NCBI RefSeq assembly: GCF_018977255.1 | Contig: NW_024704742.1 | Coordinates: forward strand, 62,436,001-62,500,000 | Reading direction: 5' to 3' | DNA length: 64,000 nt | Source: Callorhinchus milii | Taxonomy: Eukaryota | Shown: one piece after another, positions 39,286-49,775 of the stretch | Numbering within the stretch: position 1 is the first letter of the stretch | Layout of the letters: every line of letters begins with the position of its first letter | The notes under the pieces: model-generated | What the model was told of the DNA's origin: nothing | What the model saw: the letters and a program-made list of their open reading frames with translations, nothing else | Databases searched by the model: none | Translations under genes and position numbers: made by a program

Positions 39286-40444
39286 TCTTATGGTATGATT
39301 AATGTTGTGTCCTGTATCTTACATTAAAATGGAGAGTTATTAATGCAGAATAGCCAAATGTTGGAGGATGTCATGTAATTAGAAGATAGTTTTTAATGTA
39401 ACAGTTTCTACAATTACTGTTCCTATTTGTCGGGTCTATTTGTCAGCATTAATTAATGCCTCCAACTCACAGACCATGAAGCTGTGCAATTTTACCGAAA
39501 CCCGTGTGTAAGATAAAAAATGAGAGATTGATCTGTAAACAAGTGCTATCAGATACAGACTCATTATACCTTCTGCTCTAACATCATGGTGCCCTTTTAG
39601 AAGATGAATTTTCCCTTACTCTGTAGTTGTGCCGCAGCAAGGCCCATTTCATTAATTACCTCCAGTCACGTACAAAATCCATCATGATGCATGCCTGCAA
39701 GCATCAGAGTAATTACTGGATATGAGCGCTGACAGCTCTTGTCATGCTGTGGACAACCATCTCACTACAGTTTAGAAAGCACTTAATAAAGAGGATAATA
39801 CCATAGGCAATCAGATGTGGCGTGCTACATGAACTGGACTTCTTAATGTTGATGGGTTGCTGGAAGGGAACATCTAATTGCATTGAGTGCTTCACAACAC
39901 CAGTATGACTGGCCTTTCACATTGTAATGCTGAGCTAGTGCATTTCCCAATAATTCCTTCCTATTAGCCAAAGTACTGTAGATTGAAAGTACCACCAGCC
40001 CTATTGTGTGTAATCCACATTTAAGGACTGAAGTAATATAGACAATTTTTACTGCATCTTTGTTTATCACTGACCTGCCAATGCTGGTGATCCCAAAGAT
40101 CGATACGGTGCCTTCAAAATAGAGTTTGAGGACAGTTGGTTTCTGTCTGTATAAGGGAATGATCCTACATAAATTTTCACCCCAACTAAAGGTCCACAAT
40201 TCCAACTGGGCTACATTTTATCTTAAAACTTAAGGACTATCAGAAATGTGGAAAAATCTTGATTTCATTCTTAATTTAGATGACAATTCTTTCTAAGAAC
40301 TGAAAAAATGACTAAATGGTATTACAAACTAAGACCCCACATGCAACATACCCTGTAAATCTCTGTAATAAGGGAAGAAATTCTCATTGGTACATTTTTA
40401 GTTCACTAGCCAAAGGAGCGGTCAGGCATTCGCTAAATTGGATC

Positions 40445-40858
40445 TAGCCTGGCTCAGTTGATAGCACTCTCATTTCTAAGTCAAATGATTGTGGGTTCAA
40501 GCTTCACATCATGACTATGACATATCACAAACTTTAGACTGACACTCCAATGCAGTACTGGGGGTGTGCTGTATTGTTGGAGGTATTGTTCTTCAGATGA
40601 GTCATGAAATTGAGATCCCGTCTGGCTGTTTCGATGGATGTCAAAGATATCATAGCACTACATGAAAGAAGAGGGAATTCCTCCTGGTGTCGTGGCCAAA
40701 ATCCTACAGATGAAATTGGTCACTGCATGGCTGTTTATGAGGTATTATTGTGCATAAATTTGCTGCTGCATTTGCCTACTAATTACAGAAAATCCTGAAT
40801 TATTTGAGACATCCTCCTGATGTGAAAGACATTCTATTAAATGCAATGGTTATTATTA
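40445..40858 (+). mobile_element. SINE-B, near full length
   Basis: tggctcagttgatagcactctc...ggttcaagc...gacactccaatgcagtactg...tail. Confidence 0.82.
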
Positions 40859-41258
40859 ATTCCTCCTTCTTTTAAAGTAACATGACTGGAAATGGCCCGC
40901 TTCTTTCTCTAGCATTATGGGTGAAGAGAGGAAGCGTATCTGTCTTACACGGAGGAGAAAGATTCAAAATGATGCGTAAAGCAAAGTAGCCCGAATTACA
41001 TCGCTTTCAGTTCACTCGTGAATTCAATGTTTCCCTCAGCTTGGATCATGCTACATTCTGCTTGTTCTGCTCCTTCAAAGTAACAAAGAACGATAAAATA
41101 TCACTGCGCACAAACCGGTTCCTATATCTTGCCATATTTTTCTTCATCATGTAAAGGAAAAGTGAGCAGTTGCTCTCTGGCGCTAGAGCTGTACTGACTA
41201 ACAGGATTTTGTCTTGGCCTTTTGCTTGCTGTACTGTTTGTGTATCCTATTTCCCCAG

Positions 41259-41321
41259 TGTTTCAACTTTCTCAGGCAGTCCAGTGGGTGATGCATGCAG
41301 CCAGAATCTCTGTGGATCTTG
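41259..41321 (+). other. Candidate 63-nt cassette exon
   Basis: Upstream TGACTAAC branch-point-like motif (~41195), long AG-free pyrimidine-rich tract ending ttccccAG; donor TTG|GTGAGA; length divisible by 3. Confidence 0.35.
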
Positions 41322-41403
41322 GTGAGATAATGGGGTTTGTGTATCTGAATCCTGGAGTGTAGAGATAAAAATACATTTCACTTTTCCCCTTGGTGTTCTG
41401 TAG

Positions 41404-41442
41404 GGATGGGTTGTCGACACGTTCCCTGACAGTTGCGCCTCG
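41404..41442 (+). other. Candidate 39-nt cassette exon
   Basis: Acceptor catttcacttttccccttggtgttctgtAG; donor TCG|GTAGGC; four CpGs retained; length divisible by 3. Confidence 0.4.
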
Positions 41443-41767
41443 GTAGGCAAAACTGGGATTTGATCTTTGGATTCAGGTTCAGAAATACTCAGTCACAAAC
41501 TGAATATTTCTGAAATTTGAACACTCAATGCTTGATTTAAAAGCTCTGCAGTGGGTTGGATGTATAGGATCTAGCAAACATCAAGTTCTGTGCCAATATT
41601 AACCATTATGTCTCTGTTCTCTTCCAGATCCACTTTCACCCTGATTTTCTAAAATCTCTGTCTCCGAAAAATCTCTCTGTCTTTGGCCATACATCTGTTC
41701 AACATCTGGAAAGCTCCTTTTTGAGATAATACTTTACATTACTGCAGATATAAATGCAAGTTTAGAG

Positions 41768-42065
41768 GTGACAGCCTGACACAGTGCTAGCAACTTCGCC
41801 TCTGAATCAGAAGGTTGTGGGTTCAAGTCCCAAGTCAGAATTTTGAGCTCACAGTGCAGGATGACGTTCCAATACAGTGGTGGGGGAAGTGTTGAAGTGT
41901 TGAAAGTGCCGTCCTTCAGATGAAATATTAAACTGAGGGCTCATCTGCCTTTTCAGGTAGATGTTAAAGATCCCATGGCACCCTTTGAAAAGTGAAGGAA
42001 GTTTCACCTTTGCGAACAATTCTCCAAATAAAATTGGTCATTGACTTTTTGGCAGTTTGTGGGAT
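41768..42065 (+). mobile_element. SINE-B, 3'-truncated
   Basis: cgcctctgaatcagaaggttgtgggttcaagtccc...aaagatcccatggcac. Confidence 0.8.
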
Positions 42066-42199
42066 TTTTAGAGACAATAGCTGAATACCTCAGTTTTTCA
42101 GTGCTTCACTACATGCCATTAGAACAGAGTATGACATCCATGTCTAAGGACCACATTTGCCTTTTTATTTGGTCAACCAGGTGTTTTATACATGTGGAA

Positions 42200-42490
42200 A
42201 ACAATCACCTTGCTTAAGAGTATCCAAACCAAACTGCTGAGAGCTCCTCATATGCATTGGATATCTTCTATTATCTGGAATGAAATGCACTTTCTCTTGC
42301 TTCTGGGAGAGCCGTACCCTTCTCATGTAAATCTCTGAAAGGTTGGCAAGAGCCAAGTGTTGGGGATGCAGACTCTGTGTTGAGGAGTTCGACCAGCTTG
42401 TCATTGCTAGCATTGACTGGTAAGCTTCCTGCTGTTTGTCTAGCTAGGACCAAATTTACCCATTAGGCCTTTGGCTTGCAGGGTTTACAG
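42200..42490 (-). repeat. Family C copy
   Basis: gagtatccaaaccaaactg...ggcaagagccaag...aagcttcctgctg...agctaggacc. Confidence 0.72.
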
Positions 42491-43959
42491 GCTTGTATTA
42501 TTAATAAGACACCAGTTGTAAATAGATAGAAAGAAATATATTTGTACCATCACAAATATTTCTGTTTACTATTTACATTTGTTCTTCCTCGTACATCAAC
42601 CCAGAAAACATTAACCCATCTCATAATAAACAATGAAAAGGGTTGCCTGAAGTGATTTGCTCTCAAATTGCCACCCGAGTTGACACATAACAAGAATCCC
42701 TAAGAAAGAAGCCTTCCTTCACATGCAGGTGCAGCAAATATGACTGTGTGCCAGATATTTAATTTCAAAATTGACATAAATGAGTTATGAGCAACCGACT
42801 TGAAGTTAATCATCCACTTCGGCCAAAAAGGCAGATTATTAGTTTCTGCGGTGCAAGATATAGATTAGATTGATCAGAGTATGGAGAACATGAACTTCCC
42901 TGTTTCGCAAATTAAGCAGCATAAATTCCCCAGAGAATATACATTTCTCATAATTTCTGCTCATGCCTAACCTCTTCTCTTTCGTTTAACAATAACCATT
43001 AATCAAGCAACTCCCAGGAGACGTTTAATGATCTTTTAGGTAACTGGTAGCCATAGAAAGTCAAGGACACCACAAATTGATCTACATCCTTGATCCCATT
43101 CAGTTCATTTCTCACAGTGAACAATTTACTCATTCAAAATGAGTGCCTTCTATTCTGTTGCGAATAATATTTTTAGAGCAAAGTCTGTGTGGAAACCTGC
43201 ACCGAGTGCGTAGAAAAAGGAAAGATTTAATCACTCATTCTTTCAGTGATTTAACTTCTTCCTTCGAATGTCTGTACTTGACAGAAAAATAACATGAATA
43301 CTATCATTCAATTCTTAGCTGTCTTACTAATGTAGCCAATGCTGTAGAAATCTTACTCTTTTTTTTGGCGCCTTTCAAGAACTTTCCAGATTTATTGTTT
43401 AGTAACTGAAAAGAAATTGTCTGTATATTAATGCTTAATATTCTTAAGTCGAACAGAGAAACCAAAGTAAGAAAAGATTTGTTCTTTCTTTGCTCTTCAA
43501 TACGTTTCACTGGAGCACTCGAGAATAGGGTGTGTATTCCTTGCTTGCTTCCTTCCACTTTCAAATAAATCGTCTTCTCACAGTGCTGAATTAATGGGAA
43601 CACTGAGCAAGATCACACATGGAGTAGCACACAGTACTGATCTGTGACTGGTGCCCAGTTTAAACTGCCTGAAGCAATACATAATCATTTCCAACAGTAA
43701 AGTGATTAGGAGCTGGAAACCTGATTTATACTGAAATGCTGGGTAATGAGGAGAGAGAACTCTGTCAAACTAAGCGCACGCAAATAGCTGTACTAACTGG
43801 TGCCAAAGACCACTTCTTTTTTTAATAATATCCAGTGGACCTACTTGAGAACTTTTAAGGTACTCTGTTTGAGTGAAATCCCAAAGAATTTCCTCCACTG
43901 TTTTATACTGGGAATCAATGTCCTGACAAAACATGCACCACAAACTCATCTCTGCAGCT

Positions 43960-44291
43960 GTGGAGTCCTGTAGCTCAGTGGTTAGAGCACTCGCTTTGCA
44001 AGTGAGAGAACTGAGTTCAATTCCAGGCAGGGCGAAACCTTGGGCAAGTTTCCTTACTCCACACGCCTAATAATAATCCCTCCAAAAAACCAAAAACAAT
44101 AATTAAAAATTGGTCATTTTCAATCTACGACTGTTTGTGGGACATTGCTGTGCGCAATTGGCTGCCGCGTTCGCCCACAAATATACAGTCAATTCACTTT
44201 ACAGTGTGTTCTGTGAAGCGCTTTGCGACGTCCTCCCGACGTGAAAAGCGCTATATCAAATGCAAGGATTATTATTATTATTATTATTATT
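43960..44291 (+). mobile_element. SINE-A young copy (tRNA-Ala(TGC)-like head)
   Basis: GGAGTCCTGTAGCTCAGTGGTTAGAGCA-CTCGC TTTGCAA GTGAG-...GAGTTCAATTCC; L2-type tail; (TTA)n. Confidence 0.95.
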
Positions 44292-44392
44292 CCAGTGTGA
44301 ATCACCATTGCTTCAAATCTAATTTACAACAACAACAATACAATTAAATTTGTATAGTTCCATTCATGTCAGAAGGACTTCCCAGTGCCAGT

Positions 44393-44655
44393 GTGTCAGT
44401 CTGCCTCATTTAGTAACCCTCTCGCCTCTGAGTCAGACAATTATGGGTTCAAGCACCATGTAGGGTCTTTGAATTCATAGTCCAGGCTGACACTGCAATG
44501 CAATGCTGGTAGAGTACTGCATCGGCACTGTTGTACACAAATTGGCTGCTGTGTTTGCTCACAAAACCCACAGTCATTCCACTTAACAGTATATCATGTG
44601 AAGTGCTGTGATACATTCTCCTGATGTGAAAGATGTTGTACCAAATGCAAGGATA
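44393..44655 (+). mobile_element. SINE-B, internally deleted
   Basis: Head plus tail with the central body missing. Confidence 0.72.
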
Positions 44656-45139
44656 ATTGGTATAATGTTTTTGCAGTCATTCGGCAAGAATGGTGTGAGA
44701 AGCCAGTATAAATGGGCATAATACTGGATTCACTAACTCTTACACTAAAACTCTTAACAAATCAACAACATAGCTTTTCTGCATCCAACTCAAATTTGTC
44801 CAATAGTTCGTTCATAAAAAAACATTAATTGTTCAGCAATTTGTATGATGAACTTCTGATTATCGGAAGGCATCTCTGCTTGTATGACTCTGATGCTGTA
44901 ATTAAGGGGTCGCAGTGAGAAATGTGTTGTCTTTAGTCAACTTGGCGTGACATTGAGGAGTTGTTTTCTAACCAATGATGAATGTACAGAGCATTAGATA
45001 CTATGCAGCTTATACCGGTGGCCGCAAGTGTGAAATGCTTTGGCCGCCATAGCTCGACATATAAATGATGGTATCCCATCATAAGAGACGAAGGAGGCTA
45101 TGCCTCCCACTCTCATTGTATTAGCTATTGCAAAAGAAT

Positions 45140-45470
45140 AATAATAATCTTTGCATTGGATAGCAACTTATCATATCATTATATTGTTTCAAAACACTGT
45201 AAACTACAATGTAAAGTGTAGAGAAATGTGGCAGCCAATTTTCCATAAACTGTGAAGTAGATGACCAATTTCTATCTGGATTATTGTAGGCCAGGATACC
45301 AGGAAAATCTCCGGTCTCATTTCCAATATTGCCACTGCATCTTTTTCATCCACCTGAATAAGCAGACGGAAGCTCAGTTTAACATCACTTGTAAAGGACG
45401 GTACGTGCGACAATGCAGAACAACTCCAGCACTGCACTTGAGTGCTAACGTAGACTATCAGCTCCATATT
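45140..45470 (-). mobile_element. SINE-B fragment
   Basis: Tail, gcagccaattt, catccacctgaa and ccagcactgcac segments. Confidence 0.7.
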
Positions 45471-45607
45471 CTGATGTTCCCACAACTCTCTTTTCAGGCT
45501 CGCTTCAAAAACAGGTCGGAATTCCAGTGTAATCACCAGTAAAAATAGAATGAAAAAGACAGACACAGTTTTTACTGGGATTGGCAACTACGAGGCAATA
45601 TTGTGAG

Positions 45608-45621
45608 GTTGCTATGGCAAC
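45608..45621. promoter_or_regulatory. RFX X-box-like site
   Basis: GTTGCTATGGCAAC within the near-perfect 22-bp palindrome tgaggttgctatggcaacctca. Confidence 0.5.
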
Positions 45622-46558
45622 CTCAAAAGTGGTTTGTGACATTACTGTAGTTTGCTTTTAAAGCCTCATTCCTCATTGAAGGCAGGAGTTGCTTCTGCAT
45701 TTAAATCACAGTTGGGTTTGAACCATGACGATTCACTGAGAGGTTAAACTGTGGAGACCACCTTGAAGAGTTGGTTTCACAAGGACATGGATTTGCAGCA
45801 GAAGAGAACAGTAACAAGCTGGCAGTACTTACTCTGGGATGCTACCCTGTGTGAACGGTGCTATATAAATGCAAGTTGTTGTTGTTGTTGTACTTGTGTT
45901 TTCATGACTGCAGGACTACACACATCTAAACTGGTCAGAAAACTAAAGAAATATAACAACATAGATCTCAGGTGTTTTTCCACACTTTTTGACCTAGTTT
46001 TGATATGAGCTTATGGCATGGATCTATCAAGCCAAGCTTTTCAAAATACTGACACGAGTCTTGTTTAAATTATCATGCTCCTCTCAAGGGGGTTCCTGTG
46101 ATACGAAAAGAGTAATGATCTAAATTAGCCTGAGAGTGGCATTAACAAGAATTTTATTTAGGGAAAAAGATCATATCAGAAGTAGCACCAGAGTAATTGC
46201 ATATAATGCAATTTGCTGAATGAAATGAAAAGTAATCAACTTACAATAAAGTAAATTGAATGGGGATGTGCAAAGAACTGAACTACTGTCAGGCTCAATT
46301 AATGTCCATGTACCAAATCCATTAGTATTGTGAGTTGAAACCATAAGGAAGCATACTAATGGGAACATTACCTAGGGACATTAATTATTTGAGACAATAT
46401 TTATCTATATTTTTGAGTGCTGCAAAACACGTTTCTCTTGTCTGTCCTGTTTATCCAGCTGTTACAATTAAATGACATTCTCACCTCACTGAGGAAGATG
46501 AGGTGAGAGATTATGGCAGCTGTTTGAAATCTCCTAAAACAGGAACAATCCTCTATGT

Positions 46559-47100
46559 TGGCTCCAAAGTGACATGTTTGTCAATGGAATGTCAGAAGGG
46601 AGCCCACCCTCTGAGGTGGTCTCAGTTGTCTAGTTCCTAAGCCAGATGGGTCTGCGGTATTCCTCGGCACTGCTGATGACAGCAAAGCCAGCCTGGCTTA
46701 TCGGCAGACTTTAAGGGGCAGACCAGTCGCAGCAGCGACTTGTCCCTCTCATCTCCTGTTAACCCTGCAAGCCAAACCCTTAAAGTGTAGAATGATATTA
46801 GCTGGTCAAGCAATGGGGAAGCTTGCTCACCATGGCAAGCATTGTGGTTTTAGCTGGTTAGACTCCAGCAATCCTCCAACTCACAATCTGGGGTCCGCAA
46901 GTCTGGGCTGTTGCCAACCTATACCTAATACTTTCTGGAATTAGGTAAGCAGAATGCATCCCTCCAGGGAGAGAGTGGGCATTCCATTCCAACAATCTAT
47001 CTCAGGGATTTCCATGTGTAGATGGGATACATGGAATTCTCAGTTTGGTTTGGATACTCTGAAGCATGGGGATGGGTTTCCTCACCCGGCTGACCTCAAA
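46559..47100 (+). repeat. Family C, longest copy
   Basis: Joins the segments seen separately at 18274-18520 and 25698-26019; ends cacccggctgacctcaaa. Confidence 0.82.
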
Positions 47101-47789
47101 CTCTCAGTCTTGCCCTCTCTTTGCCTGTCTTCAAATCACATCTGAAGACTTTCCTCTTCATTAGGGGCCTTCGGTCACCCGCGCTCTCTTTCCAGCTTGG
47201 TGTCAAACCACACTGCTGTTAAGCCTCCTCCTGTTCTTAGGTTGCTAAATCACCAGTGTATTATTTTTCAGGAAGTAATATTTATTCCTGCTACATTGGT
47301 TCTGATCAAAATGCATCATCATATACTGGTGAGACCTGGCTTTGAACCAATCTTCAGTTAACAATTTCATGCACTGTTGCAATATTGAGAAAACGTATTC
47401 ATAAATTCATGAGAAACCCAAGTCTATATCTGGTCATCAAGCAAGGAGAGGGTTTAACTCTAGAAATTTGCTTCAAGCACAGGAGCTAATCCTCTTAATT
47501 TGCAGATAATGCAGTTTGTTTGAAACAGGGATTTCCCTGAGGGCCCCTAAAACATTTATAAAGCCTTAAAATGTTTCAGTTTATTCTGATCACATTTTAG
47601 GGGAGCCAGAGAAAAATGATTATTGCATTTTGGACTCCATGTTTAAAAATGATTATTGATACATTGTTCTTAATGTGTATAATATTATTGACACCTTTAC
47701 TCCTTCGTTCATATTAAGTCGTGTGCAAAACTACTAATTTTTCATGAAGTATATCTAATCCTAACAGTTTTATCCGCACTAAACTCTGC

Positions 47790-48930
47790 ACCCCAATTAG
47801 CCCATCCTTGTCAAACTCCACTGGCTCCCTGTCACAGAACGGATCGACTTCAAGATCCTCACTCTTGTGTTTAAATCCCTCCATGCCTTGGCACCCCCCC
47901 TAACTCTCTAACCTCCTCTCTCCTTACAGCAGTACCCGCTGCCTCTGCTCTACTGGCTCCGGCCCCCTCCTTTACCCTCAAATCCTCCGCTCTAGCATTG
48001 GTGGCCGGGTCTTCAACCACTACTCCCCGAAGTGTGACTGGCACTGCCTACCGCCACCTCTGTAACATTGCCAGACTCCACGATTGCCTCACCCCTCAGG
48101 CTGCCAAAACTCTCACTCACACATTTGTCACATCAAAGCTCGATTATAGAGACTCCCTTCTCATCGGCCTTCCCAACTCTTCCCTTCACAAGCTGCAGAT
48201 CATCCAAAACTCTGCAGCTCGTGTAGTCTCGCTCACCAGTCTCCGTGACCCCATCACTCCCATCCTCGCCCGACTCCACTGGCTCCCCATCCCCCAGAGG
48301 ATCGAATTCAAGATCCTCATCCTCCCTTTCAAAGCCATCCATGGCCTTGCCCCCTCCTACCTCTTTGATCTGCTGACTCCCTACCAACCTTCCCGCTCCC
48401 TCCGTTCAACGGGCTCCAGCCTGCTCCATGTCTCCCGCCCGATCTGCCCTACCATCGGTGGCCGGGCTTTCAGCCTCTCTGCCCCCACACTCTGGAATTC
48501 CATCTCACAGTCCTTTCACCTCGCTTCCTCCCTTGCCTCCTTCAAGGCCGGTCTCAAGACCCTCCTCTTTGATTGTGCCTTCGGTCGCCCTCCCACCTCT
48601 CTGACTTCCCTCACCCCTACCCCACCCCTCCCCCATGCTCGGGTCCTGACCCCTGACTGTCCAGCGCTTTGGGACGTCCTCCCGATGTGAAGGGCGCTCT
48701 ATAAATGTAATTTTGTTGTTGTTGTTGAAGCTATGGAACTCCCTCCCTCAATCTCTTTGCCTTGACCTCTCTTCCAATTTTCAGGTTGCACATGCAGACC
48801 ATCCTCTTTGACCGTGCCTATGGTCACCTTCCCCCTCACCCAGCTCAGCATCAGGCTCCACCATTGTTAAGCACTCTGGGACACCGCCTAACATGGAGGG
48901 CACTATATAAATGCAAATTGTTGTTGATGA
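47790..48930 (+). mobile_element. Older L2 3' end (47790-48032 and 48727-48930) hosting a younger L2 (48033-48726)
   Basis: Host reads ...ccccGAAG|insert|GAAGctatggaactccc (candidate 4-bp TSD); the insert encodes the ORF2 C-terminus (ORF 47998..48690) and has a (GTT)n tail. Confidence 0.92.
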
Positions 48931-49146
48931 TCAACAACAATTAATTTAACAATTTCTTCTAAGTATATATGGGGACAGTTACAATTTGTAGAGACCTGTG
49001 TTTTATTCTGTAGAGGCAAATCTATGTTTCTTGCCTGCGCATGGTTAAGCACCTTTTTATAATTAAATTGTACAATTGCAGTTATGTCTGCTCTTGAATC
49101 TAGTGGATATCAATGAAACACAGTTTATTCCACATAATAAAACACA

Positions 49147-49160
49147 GTTGCCATGGTTAC
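49147..49160. promoter_or_regulatory. RFX X-box-like site
   Basis: GTTGCCATGGTTAC; the minus strand GTAACC-AT-GGCAAC fits GTNRCC-N2-RGYAAC. Confidence 0.45.
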
Positions 49161-49364
49161 TTTACAAAAAAACTCAGATCTTCAAATCACAGGATACAAC
49201 TCAATAGCTTGACAACACCTTTTGTTCTCCCCTTGAGTGCTGTCAGTAACAAGCATCTGCTCTGGGGTTGACCTTCATGGAGCTAAGAATGTGGCCCAGT
49301 ATAACCTGCTACAGCAGGAATCTCTGTTTCAATTGTTCTCGCAACTTAGCAATTAGTATATCAT

Positions 49365-49775
49365 TCTCATGTCTGAGTCAGCAGGTTATGGGTTCACATC
49401 TCATATCAGGGACTTTTGAGGTCACAGTTTTCACTTTTTGAGGCTGACACTCCAATGCAATTATGGAGGGAGTGCTAGATTTTTGGAGGTGCTGGGCTTT
49501 GAATAAGATGTTAATACAAGGTGCACTCTGCTTCTTCAGGTGGACATCAAAGACCCTGTGACATTATTCACCAAGAGAAGGGAGATTATCGTCCTGGCCA
49601 ACAATTCCCCAGACAAAATCAATCATCATTTCATGGCTGTTTGTGGGGCATTGTTATATGCAAATTGACTGCTGGACTCACCTACAAATACAACCACCAC
49701 ACTTTACATTAAAGGGCTTTGAGAGCGAAACTTGATGATGAGATAAGGCACTGAATCAAACTCAAGGATTTTTAT
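49365..49775 (+). mobile_element. SINE-B
   Basis: ctgagtcagcaggttatgggttc...ggctgacactcca...ctgtttgtgggg. Confidence 0.75.

Noticed and set aside
43961..44035. tRNA-Ala(TGC) gene
   Set aside because: No proper acceptor stem or T-run terminator; it continues into a SINE body and recurs as the SINE head in many copies
46673..46720. Hammerhead ribozyme (CTGATGA core)
   Set aside because: No correctly placed stem II and GAAA; the core is sequestered in a stem
47998..48690. 230-aa ORF as a host gene
   Set aside because: L2 ORF2 C-terminus reading into the 3' UTR of a nested insertion
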